Of a stretch of 64,000 nt of DNA, positions 51,648-60,208 are shown piece by piece (within the stretch, counting starts at the first letter, position 1; every line of letters begins with the position of its first letter). The notes below the pieces were generated by a model. The model was given only the letters and a program-made list of their open reading frames with translations. It was not told the DNA's origin and made no database searches. The DNA is from an uncultured candidate division Zixibacteria bacterium (lineage in GTDB: Bacteria > Zixibacteria > MSB-5A5 > GN15 > PGXB01): positions 1,152,001 to 1,216,000 of the forward strand of contig OY969724.1 in the NCBI GenBank assembly GCA_963702205.1, read 5' to 3'. The position numbers were made by a program, and so were the translations under genes.

Positions 51648-51683
51648 AAGGCCGATCCGGAGATTTTTGGATCGGCCTTTTTT
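51648..51683 (+). terminator. Intrinsic terminator
   Basis: AAGGCCGATCC-loop-GGATCGGCCTT plus T run. Confidence 0.85.
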
Positions 51684-51774
51684 ATTGTGTGTTAATGACT
51701 TAAACAAATAAAAATGCATCCGGCAAGGGCCTTGATAGCCGCAAATTTTGTTGGTTTTATTATCATTAAAATTC

Positions 51775-51803
51775 TTGACAATATTGGCTATTAATCATAT
51801 TTT
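51775..51803 (+). promoter_or_regulatory. Putative sigma70 promoter
   Basis: TTGACA-N17-TATTTT. Confidence 0.5.
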
Positions 51804-52198
51804 AATAATGCTACTGGGTTTTTGGAGAGTTAAAAAATCGCAGACCGAAAGGTCAAATTAAACCTCACTTGCTTGTTTGGTTCGGCATGTTATAGCATGA
51901 TAGCGAGTCCTGCACGGCCGACGAAATAATATCCTAAAGGGTGTAAATCTTTAAAACACAAATTACTTCGCTGTTCATTAATGGCGTTAGGTAGTTGAAA
52001 AATTTTCTACAGGTAAAAAAGTAAACTGAAACCTTTAACTTAAGTGAGTAGCTGAAGGGAGGTGGTTACCGACAGTAAACTTTCAATCGCACGATGGTTA
52101 AATGACTGTCGATGCGTTGTTTATGCGTTCTCGTATACCAATGACTATGGGTATAAGTTGGGAACTCTGACAAGATTCGTCTCGAAAGGAGTTAGGAA

Positions 52199-55100
52199 AT
52201 GACGAAGAGATTATCGGTGATATTCATCCTCGCCTTCATGATGTTTGCGCTTTTGGCAGCGACCTCATTTGGTATGAGAGATACCGATAAGAAGAAATAT
52301 TTCAACCAGCGGAAGATTGGCTCGATGCCTGTTGCCAAGATGGCCGGTGGTGAAGAAATTTACAGCCCGATTACGCCAGACAGGACCAACACCAACAATA
52401 GCCTGGGTTTCGACGATTATTTTGTTTCGAACTCTCCGGGTCTTACTGTTGGGACGACGGCTTATGATTATCAGGCCAACGGCCGCATGAACCGTCAAGT
52501 TGACTGGCGCGGAACTCAGAACGTCCATTTCACGTGGATGGTTCAGAACGAGTTCTCGCTTGGCACCGATCGCGGGACGGCTTATGAATTCTGGAATGCC
52601 TCGGCTGCGCCTCCGAAACTTGAGTTCCAGGGCGCTCCGAACGGTGGCACCGATGTTCACCCGCGTTTGGGCGGCGGGAACAACTATTCGGGTTACGTCG
52701 GCATGGATATGGCCCCCGATGGCCGTATTATTATTTCCAACCACCATCAGTTAGGCAGCTCCCGCTATCATTCGACGGTCTGGCCGGACCTGAGCCCGGG
52801 CGGCGGATTTTTTGCACCTTACAGAAGCGCCGTTCCTGACACGACTCAGGGCTATGACGCCGACAAAGACACGTCGAACTTCATTTGGCCTTCGATGGAA
52901 ATGCAGATTGGCGACTTGCTTGCCGATGCGGATACCGATCCCGATACGGTCATTCACGTATTCAGCCAGGAATCCCTGTCTGACGCCGGTGCGGCTCAGA
53001 AGATTCACTACTTCCGCCGCGTTGGTGGTTATACGTCGTATGCCTGGGATTATCCTCCGATGGTAGTCGATACGACCCATGACATTGCTCAGCAAGTGGT
53101 TGCTTCGCGCAACAGCAACAATGTCTGGCTGGTCTGGGTAGGCAACCCTCCGGGAATTCCCGGTGCGTCGGAATCGATATCACGTGGTTTGCAGCGTGTT
53201 AACGACCTGTTCTATATGAAATCGAATGACATGGGTGAGCCGGGTTCGTGGGGCGGCAAAGTCAACGTAACCGGCTTCGACAGCTCCCAGGGCGGCTGGG
53301 TTCTTCATACCGACCTGTCTTCACTGGTTGGTCAGGAAGACGACCTGCTTCACGTGATTTATAATGCTCGTGAAGTAGGCGTGGATCCTGCCGGTGGCCT
53401 GGGCATATATCAGCACTTCTACGGTTCGCGTTTGTTCCACTATGTCGAAGGTGACCGTCCCCGCGTGGTCAAGGATGCCAACTGGGATCTGGATCCCGAT
53501 CATCCGTGCTACGGTGGCGCCTGGAACGAAATGTCAATCGTGAAGATGCAGCTTTCCGAATGTGATGGAAAGTATTATGCCGTGTTTGTCATGTTCAATG
53601 ACATTTATAACGGTATTAACGATGACTGTCATCAACGCGCCTTTTCGAGCAGCGAAGCGAGCGGAACCGCCAACGGCGAACTGTTCATTTCGGTCTCGAA
53701 TAACGGCGGTTTGAACTGGGATATCGCTCGTGACATTACCAATTCGCGGACCCCGCACTGCGACTCCTCGGAAGCGCTGGGTGGAACGCTGGAATGCGAT
53801 GCCGACCAATGGCCGGCCGTATCCCGTTATGGTATGGAAGTTACGAGCGGCAGTTTCGCCGGTGTGCCGATTGTGACTCCGGACGGTGGCGGCGCCTCGA
53901 ATTTCTACCTGGACGTCTTCTATGTCAACGACAAGTTCCCAGGTGGTGCCGTACAGGATGCCGGTTACTGGACCCTAAACCCGATGAAGTGGTTCCGTGT
54001 CCCGTGCGTCGAGCCGGTCCCGAATCCGCTTCCGATTTTCACACCGAGTCAGGTCGTCGACCCGACCTGGACCAAGCCGGGTATTACGCTTGACACGACG
54101 GTTCGTGTGGAAAATATCGGTAACGCCGACCTTCATTTCTCAGCGGTCAATATCTTCTATAAAGCCGGTGATCCTTATACCGGATGGATTAGCTATGTTC
54201 CGGCTTTGGCCACGATTCCGTATAACGACCCGAACTATGTTGATCTTACAATAACGCTGGGTGGTCCCTCTCCTACGGTCGGTGTTGGCTTGACCGGTGG
54301 CATCGAGTTTGTATCCGATGCTCCGACCTCGCCAGATACGCTGCCGATTTATCTGATCATAGCCGATACCGTGCAGTTCCCGGAATACGCGGTCATTCAT
54401 ACCGACTGTGAACCTCTGGTTATGAACAATGCCGGTCAGCTGGGTCGAGATGCTCGCGGCAACAATGCCGGTGCCAACATGAACTTCTACAATGACTGCG
54501 ACACGACCAATAACATTCAGGGTGGTGACGATAATTCGTTGACCTACCTGTATGAATCGTCGCCGTTCATTTTGAGAGTTACTCCTACCAACGACACCAT
54601 TCTGAACAGCTATATCTTCGATGCCACGTGGTTGGCCAACGACGGTTTCCGTCCGACCGAAGGTCTCACGGTTGACTCGACCACCGACGGCAGCGTCATA
54701 GTCGCCAAAACCGGCGAGTTCCTGACCCGCGACTCGATGATGGTCCTGCGGAGCGAGATGTATGCTCCTCAGGCAGCGGACAGCTGCGAATTCTTCGTTC
54801 AGAAGCTGTTTGTCTATCAGAATCAGGATATGAACCCGTCCGGCGCTCTGACCGGTCTGTTCATCGGTGAATTGCAGGATTGGGATATTCCGTCTGATTC
54901 GAACGTCGAAAACGGTTCGGACTTCGATACCGGTCGTCAATTGATGTACACCTTCGGTGGTGAATATGGCACCGATAGTGTTGCCAACAACGACTGTATC
55001 CTGGCCAACGACCGTATGGGTGGTCTGGCTTACTACGGTGGTTACAGGGTTCCTCACTGCGCCGAGGATGCTTTCAACGTCGATAGCTTCCCGATCGCTC

Positions 55101-55666
55101 TGGGTGCCTGGACGGGTACCAACCCGAACTGGATTTCGCCGAGCGGTAACTGGGTTCCGCAGCTTCTGTACAACAAGATGGCCTCTTTCAGCGGCTATGA
55201 AGCGTGGGAAGCCACGAATTCGAGCCTGGAAGATTCGCTGTATCAGGATCTGAATATGGTCTCGATCTTCGGTAACTTTGACCTGGGCAAAAACGATACC
55301 CTGGTCTTCGTGAAGATCTTTGCGACGACGCAAACCGGACTGTCAGACCTGCAGTTGAGTATCGACAAAGCCAAAAACTGGATTCAGGATCATGGCGTCT
55401 TTGAGTGGCCGGATTTTGTTGGCCCGTGCGCCTGCTGTAATCCTTCGAACGCCGGTGACTTCACCGATGACGGTGCCGTCAACCTGCTCGACATTCTGGC
55501 TTTGATCGCCTACAAGTACAACACTCCTCCGGGACCGGGCAACACGACCTGTCCGGAGCAGATGGATGCTAACGGCGATGGAGCTGTCAACCTGCTCGAC
55601 ATTCTCTACCTGATTGCCTACAAGTACAATTCTCCTCCTGGACCGGCTCCGATTTGCCCGAGCTGA
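52199..55666 (+). CDS. Secreted 1155-aa protein: probable beta-propeller (Asp-box-like), Ig-like domain, C-terminal dockerin
   Basis: Signal peptide; SVSNNGGLNW and KSNDMG..SW Asp-box-like motifs; VENIGNADL; GDFTDDGAVNLLD and DANGDGAVNLLD; AAAGGAG SD. Confidence 0.85.
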   Translation: MTKRLSVIFILAFMMFALLAATSFGMRDTDKKKYFNQRKIGSMPVAKMAGGEEIYSPITPDRTNTNNSLGFDDYFVSNSPGLTVGTTAYDYQANGRMNRQVDWRGTQNVHFTWMVQNEFSLGTDRGTAYEFWNASAAPPKLEFQGAPNGGTDVHPRLGGGNNYSGYVGMDMAPDGRIIISNHHQLGSSRYHSTVWPDLSPGGGFFAPYRSAVPDTTQGYDADKDTSNFIWPSMEMQIGDLLADADTDPDTVIHVFSQESLSDAGAAQKIHYFRRVGGYTSYAWDYPPMVVDTTHDIAQQVVASRNSNNVWLVWVGNPPGIPGASESISRGLQRVNDLFYMKSNDMGEPGSWGGKVNVTGFDSSQGGWVLHTDLSSLVGQEDDLLHVIYNAREVGVDPAGGLGIYQHFYGSRLFHYVEGDRPRVVKDANWDLDPDHPCYGGAWNEMSIVKMQLSECDGKYYAVFVMFNDIYNGINDDCHQRAFSSSEASGTANGELFISVSNNGGLNWDIARDITNSRTPHCDSSEALGGTLECDADQWPAVSRYGMEVTSGSFAGVPIVTPDGGGASNFYLDVFYVNDKFPGGAVQDAGYWTLNPMKWFRVPCVEPVPNPLPIFTPSQVVDPTWTKPGITLDTTVRVENIGNADLHFSAVNIFYKAGDPYTGWISYVPALATIPYNDPNYVDLTITLGGPSPTVGVGLTGGIEFVSDAPTSPDTLPIYLIIADTVQFPEYAVIHTDCEPLVMNNAGQLGRDARGNNAGANMNFYNDCDTTNNIQGGDDNSLTYLYESSPFILRVTPTNDTILNSYIFDATWLANDGFRPTEGLTVDSTTDGSVIVAKTGEFLTRDSMMVLRSEMYAPQAADSCEFFVQKLFVYQNQDMNPSGALTGLFIGELQDWDIPSDSNVENGSDFDTGRQLMYTFGGEYGTDSVANNDCILANDRMGGLAYYGGYRVPHCAEDAFNVDSFPIALGAWTGTNPNWISPSGNWVPQLLYNKMASFSGYEAWEATNSSLEDSLYQDLNMVSIFGNFDLGKNDTLVFVKIFATTQTGLSDLQLSIDKAKNWIQDHGVFEWPDFVGPCACCNPSNAGDFTDDGAVNLLDILALIAYKYNTPPGPGNTTCPEQMDANGDGAVNLLDILYLIAYKYNSPPGPAPICPS

Positions 55667-55726
55667 TGAAGAGGCTTCAGGTTTGAGACTGAGACTGAAA
55701 TTGTCTTACTGACAATAGACGATGAA

Positions 55727-55760
55727 TCAGGAAGCCGCCGGCTGGCGGCTTCCTGAATTT
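55727..55760 (+). terminator. Stem-loop terminator
   Basis: TCAGGAAGCCGCC-GGCT-GGCGGCTTCCTGA, perfect 13-bp stem. Confidence 0.75.
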
Positions 55761-56009
55761 GTGAATGGGTATTTCATTTATTACCGACCGCGACCGATAA
55801 GCAGTTTCCCTTTACCAAAAGCGGGGCCAATCTTTAATTTGAGGTATGAGTAATTTATCCGATAAGAAATATAAGTGCGCAGGCCAAAAGATTGTATTTT
55901 TGATAGTTGCCGCCCGGGAAACCGGAAAATTTACATTAGGATTGGAAAATAACGATTTAAAAATAAATTGAAAGCAAAACAAGAGGTGCCTTATAAAAGA
56001 GAGGAAAGA

Positions 56010-58373
56010 ATGAAACGCAGCTTTCACTTCCCGACCACCATCGGATTGGCGATTTTACTGATACTTGGATTAGTCGGCCCGGCCGGGGCCCGCGTTTATC
56101 CTAATCAGGACCAGCCTCAGCCGATCCTGCTGACGGGACAGATTGAGGTCCAGTTCGCAACCGACGTTAATGTCGCCAACCTGGCCGCCAAAAGCGGTAA
56201 TCTTCAGGTCGGAATCAAATCTCTCGATGATATTCTCGCAAAATACGGGGCGTATGATGCCCGTCCGTTGTTCCCGTTCGTTCAACCGGGACACGAAATT
56301 GTCGGAACCGATAATATGACCAAGTTTCAGGTGCTGAGTATTCCGGAATCCGTCAATGTCCGCGATATGATAGACGAATTGCGGAAAAACCCGTACGTTA
56401 AAACGGTCGACGGGGTTTATGCCATTCCGGTGCGGGCGACGCCGAACGATCAGTATATAAACAACCAGTGGGCCTGGAATAACATTCAGGCCAAAGATGC
56501 CTGGGACATTGAAAAAGGCAAGAATCACGTTATCGTCGCCGATATAGATCTGGGTGTGCTTTATACTCATCCCGATCTGGTCGATCGCATCTGGGTCAAC
56601 CCGGGCGAAGATAAGGACGGCGACCGGGTCGTTATGGATCCGGACGATATCGACTTTCTGGACAGCCCGGACGATGCCAATACCTATGCCGACGATTTTA
56701 TCGGTTATGACTTTTTCGACGGCTTCGGCGGTTCCTTAACGTGCGCCGACGCCGACTGCTCGGGCTGGGATAATGATCCATCGGACTATGACGGTCATGG
56801 AACCCATACCAGCGGCACAATGGCGGCGGCGACCAATAACAGCATCGGCGTGGCTGGTCTCGCCGGGGGCTGGGGGACCGGGATTGGTACCGGTGTGAAA
56901 ATAATGTGTGTCCGCGTTGGCGCGCTGGCGTCGGACGGCCTGGGCTACGTGAACTCGGCGGATTGTGCTACGGGCATAAATTACGCGGCGGTGACCGGTG
57001 CCGATATGATCAATGCCAGCTGGGGTGCGGCCACGAGCGGTGTGGTGACGGCTTTCCAGAACGCTGCCAATCATGAAGTCGTATGTGCCCATGCGGCCGG
57101 AAACGACAACAGCACCAGCCTCGATCTGGTCGATCATCAATATTATAACGATTACAAGCTCGTGCTGACCGTGGCCAGTAATACCAGCGCCGACCAGAAA
57201 AGCAGCTTTTCGAACTATGGTCTGGATATAGACGTGGTCGCTCCGGGCAGCAATATCCTTAGCACTTATTCGGATTTCGGTTCGGCGCAGTACGTTTATT
57301 CCGGCGGCACCTCGATGTCGGCTCCGCACGTGGCCGGTTTGGCAGCGCTGCTGAGATCGCACGATCCGAATTTGACGAAAATAGAGATTGATTCGATCAT
57401 AAAGGCCAATTGTGACGATATGCCCGCCGAGCCGTTGTATGCTGCCGGCCTGCTGGGTTACGGCCGTATAAACGCTTATAACGCCATAAACAGCCTCGGT
57501 AATGCCGAATTCACGACGGTATCTCCCTTGACGGGGCAAATCCCGCTAACAATAGACTTTGAAGATGCGTCACCGAATTCACCCACGTCGTGGGAATGGA
57601 ATTTCGGCGACGGCTCCGCGGCCGTCACGACGCAGGATGCCAGCCATACATATACCGATTACGGGCTTTACGATGTTTCTTTGACCATAGATGAGCCTCG
57701 CGGCACCAATACCGAATTGAAAAGCCATTATGTCATGGCGACGGCGGATACCATCCGGATCGATTCGCTGCGCGTTCCCCCGGACACCAGTGTCATAATG
57801 AAGGTCTATCTGGATAATAAGTTTTTGGCCAAGAAAGTCGCTTTGCCGATCAAATTCAACACGACCTTTAATAAAGTCCTGCTGGATTCGGTAAGTATTG
57901 ATGGCCTCTCTCGAATGACCTATCAGAACAATACCGGTCTGGTCAATTATGATCTGTTCGGCAACCGCTATTATGTGACTATAGAACCCGACCCGCTGGT
58001 CGACGGCTCCAAATTCCTTCAGCCGGACACCGGTATAATTCTTAATTTGTTCGTCACTATAACCTCATCGGCGACCAACGGGATGATCGTAACGCTGGAT
58101 ACGACGTCATCGTTCGGGGCGAACAAAGTGCTCTCGATCCGTTCGGTTTTTGCCGACTATGTGCCGGTTTTCCATGCCGGAAAACTGGTCGTTCAGCAGC
58201 TTCAAGTGGGCGACGTTACACAGGATGGAGCGCTGAATTTGCTCGACATATTGATGCTGATCGACGATATTTACGGCACCGGCCCGTCGGTTGATCCATA
58301 TTTGGGTGACGTCAACGGCGATGGCGACATAAACCTTCTTGACATTTTAATGCTGATTGATATAATTTATTAG
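56010..58373 (+). CDS. Secreted S8 subtilisin-like serine peptidase with prodomain, PKD, cohesin-like and dockerin domains
   Basis: Triad motifs ADIDLG, GHGTHTSG, GTSMSAPHVAG; AAGND; WEWNFGDG; GDVTQDGALNLLD and GDVNGDGDINLLD (ORF track starts 55968). Confidence 0.94.
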   Translation: MKRSFHFPTTIGLAILLILGLVGPAGARVYPNQDQPQPILLTGQIEVQFATDVNVANLAAKSGNLQVGIKSLDDILAKYGAYDARPLFPFVQPGHEIVGTDNMTKFQVLSIPESVNVRDMIDELRKNPYVKTVDGVYAIPVRATPNDQYINNQWAWNNIQAKDAWDIEKGKNHVIVADIDLGVLYTHPDLVDRIWVNPGEDKDGDRVVMDPDDIDFLDSPDDANTYADDFIGYDFFDGFGGSLTCADADCSGWDNDPSDYDGHGTHTSGTMAAATNNSIGVAGLAGGWGTGIGTGVKIMCVRVGALASDGLGYVNSADCATGINYAAVTGADMINASWGAATSGVVTAFQNAANHEVVCAHAAGNDNSTSLDLVDHQYYNDYKLVLTVASNTSADQKSSFSNYGLDIDVVAPGSNILSTYSDFGSAQYVYSGGTSMSAPHVAGLAALLRSHDPNLTKIEIDSIIKANCDDMPAEPLYAAGLLGYGRINAYNAINSLGNAEFTTVSPLTGQIPLTIDFEDASPNSPTSWEWNFGDGSAAVTTQDASHTYTDYGLYDVSLTIDEPRGTNTELKSHYVMATADTIRIDSLRVPPDTSVIMKVYLDNKFLAKKVALPIKFNTTFNKVLLDSVSIDGLSRMTYQNNTGLVNYDLFGNRYYVTIEPDPLVDGSKFLQPDTGIILNLFVTITSSATNGMIVTLDTTSSFGANKVLSIRSVFADYVPVFHAGKLVVQQLQVGDVTQDGALNLLDILMLIDDIYGTGPSVDPYLGDVNGDGDINLLDILMLIDIIY

Positions 58374-58414
58374 CGCCGTGGAACTGCGACGCAGAAATTA
58401 GAGTTTAAAATAAT

Positions 58415-58450
58415 AACCGGGCTGGCACAGACAGTCCGGTTTATTTTTTT
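58415..58450 (+). terminator. Intrinsic terminator
   Basis: AACCGGGCTG...CAGTCCGGTT plus T run. Confidence 0.75.
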
Positions 58451-58451
58451 A

Positions 58452-58480
58452 TTGACTATATCGAGGCATAGATGTATAAT
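58452..58480 (+). promoter_or_regulatory. Near-consensus sigma70 promoter
   Basis: TTGACT-N17-TATAAT. Confidence 0.7.
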
Positions 58481-58700
58481 TTACCAAATAGATTAGGAAA
58501 TGGCTGTCTACTGGAGAAGACAAAAACCGAAAAGGAGGTGGCGTCTAAGGGGAAGTTTGCTAATTATATGTTTTTTTGTGAATTAAGACCTGATGTCTTA
58601 AGGTCCGTTCAAGTCCGGGACGGCTTGAATAGCAAGCTACCCTGGGACGATGTAGCCTCAAGGCGAGGAAATTAGTGAAAATTATATATAGGAGAATAGG

Positions 58701-59633
58701 ATGAAAAGGATTTTTCAATTACTGGCCCTGATACTTGTGCTGGCATGGGGGACGGTATTAGCTCAAGATGTATTCATAGATGCTACTGTTTCGCCCGAAG
58801 CTTATCCCGATACCGTAAGACCCGGCGTGAATTTCACGATAAATTTCTGGTTCCAGAATGCCACCAGCCCGGCAACGGGTATTAACGGTTACAGTGCCAC
58901 CTGGCAGATACGAAGCCCCGACAGCGTTACTCAGATAACCTATGTCGATCTCGGTGGGGCCGCTTTCGGTGTCCCGGGTATCATTAATCCGGTCGATGGC
59001 AATGGTTGGCGGCCGTCATTTACTCCGGGAGTCTTTTATTGGTCTACACTTAATACATACGGCATGTTTGATATGGACGGAAATCTTCCGGATACGTTCA
59101 ACCATACTACAGCCGGGATTCCGCCCAATGGTAGCTGGCCGGCAACGGATATAACCAACAAAAAGCGCTTCCAGATCGGGGTTAACAGCATCCAGATGGG
59201 AACGGTCTGTATCGATTCCATAAATTATGCCCCCAATAACACTTATGACTGGCTCTGGCTCGGTCAACTTCCAACCTGGCATAATGGCGAGCCGTACTGC
59301 TTTGTCATTACTGATATAACGAATCCGGTTGGAGAACATGATCCGCTTGTGCCTCTTGAGTATTCTTTGAAGCAGAACTATCCGAATCCGTTCAACCCGG
59401 CCACGACTATTACTTATTCGCTGGAAAGACTTTCACACGTGGAACTGTCGATTTATAACGTCCTCGGCCAGAAAATCAAAACACTGGTCGATCAGGAACA
59501 GCCTGCGAATGTCTATAACGTTACTTGGAACGGCGACACCGATAGTGGCAAACCGGCTGCATCGGGAATATATTTCTATGAAATCAAAGCCGGAAGCTTT
59601 GAGAAAACCATGAAGATGATGCTTTTGAAATAG
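58701..59633 (+). CDS. Secreted protein: one domain paralogous to the N-terminus of 18994..21600 plus C-terminal sorting domain
   Basis: Signal peptide; GNLPDTFNH, VCIDSI, YDWLW; QNYPNPFNP...MKMMLLK; AGGAG SD. Confidence 0.88.
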   Translation: MKRIFQLLALILVLAWGTVLAQDVFIDATVSPEAYPDTVRPGVNFTINFWFQNATSPATGINGYSATWQIRSPDSVTQITYVDLGGAAFGVPGIINPVDGNGWRPSFTPGVFYWSTLNTYGMFDMDGNLPDTFNHTTAGIPPNGSWPATDITNKKRFQIGVNSIQMGTVCIDSINYAPNNTYDWLWLGQLPTWHNGEPYCFVITDITNPVGEHDPLVPLEYSLKQNYPNPFNPATTITYSLERLSHVELSIYNVLGQKIKTLVDQEQPANVYNVTWNGDTDSGKPAASGIYFYEIKAGSFEKTMKMMLLK

Positions 59634-59657
59634 AGCCGATTCATTAGAAACATATCG

Positions 59658-59685
59658 AAGGCCCCAATTTTGAGGGGCCTTTTTT
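59658..59685 (+). terminator. Intrinsic terminator
   Basis: AAGGCCCC...GGGGCCTT plus T run. Confidence 0.85.
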
Positions 59686-60121
59686 ATTTGGACGATAATA
59701 TTGGACCGAGTATCCATTCCTCCCTGAATTCATTGGCCAAGGGGCAGTTCTGGACATGCGGCTATGTCTTGTCATGGTGTTATATAATCCCGAATTTGTG
59801 TCATAAGCATGAGGTTGCTGTATCGGATACTCTAATTTGGCTCCTCTTTGATCTTGGAATGATGATTTTGCCGAACATTTTCGAATAAGCGGATGAGTTT
59901 GGTTGTGCATAAGTTGTGGAAAACCTGTTGTTTAGTTATTGATTACTTGTATATGATTAGTTAATAATGACTTAACTTAGCATCAAAAGTATTTTTATTT
60001 TCTCCGATATGATTTAAAAATTAAATGTGGTTTAAGTCATTAAACAATGGTATATTAGGCCGCATGATTTTTTGTAATAGTTTATATATTGGCCGTAAGC
60101 AGCAGCTTGGGATAAATCTTG

Positions 60122-60150
60122 TTGACTTCTGCATCCATTTTCATTAAGAT
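60122..60150 (+). promoter_or_regulatory. Putative sigma70 promoter
   Basis: TTGACT-N17-TAAGAT before the GH35-like gene. Confidence 0.55.
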
Positions 60151-60208
60151 TGTATGTCGTTTTTATTACGGTAAAAAAATTGTAACTTATTGATATGTAG
60201 GATGTTAT

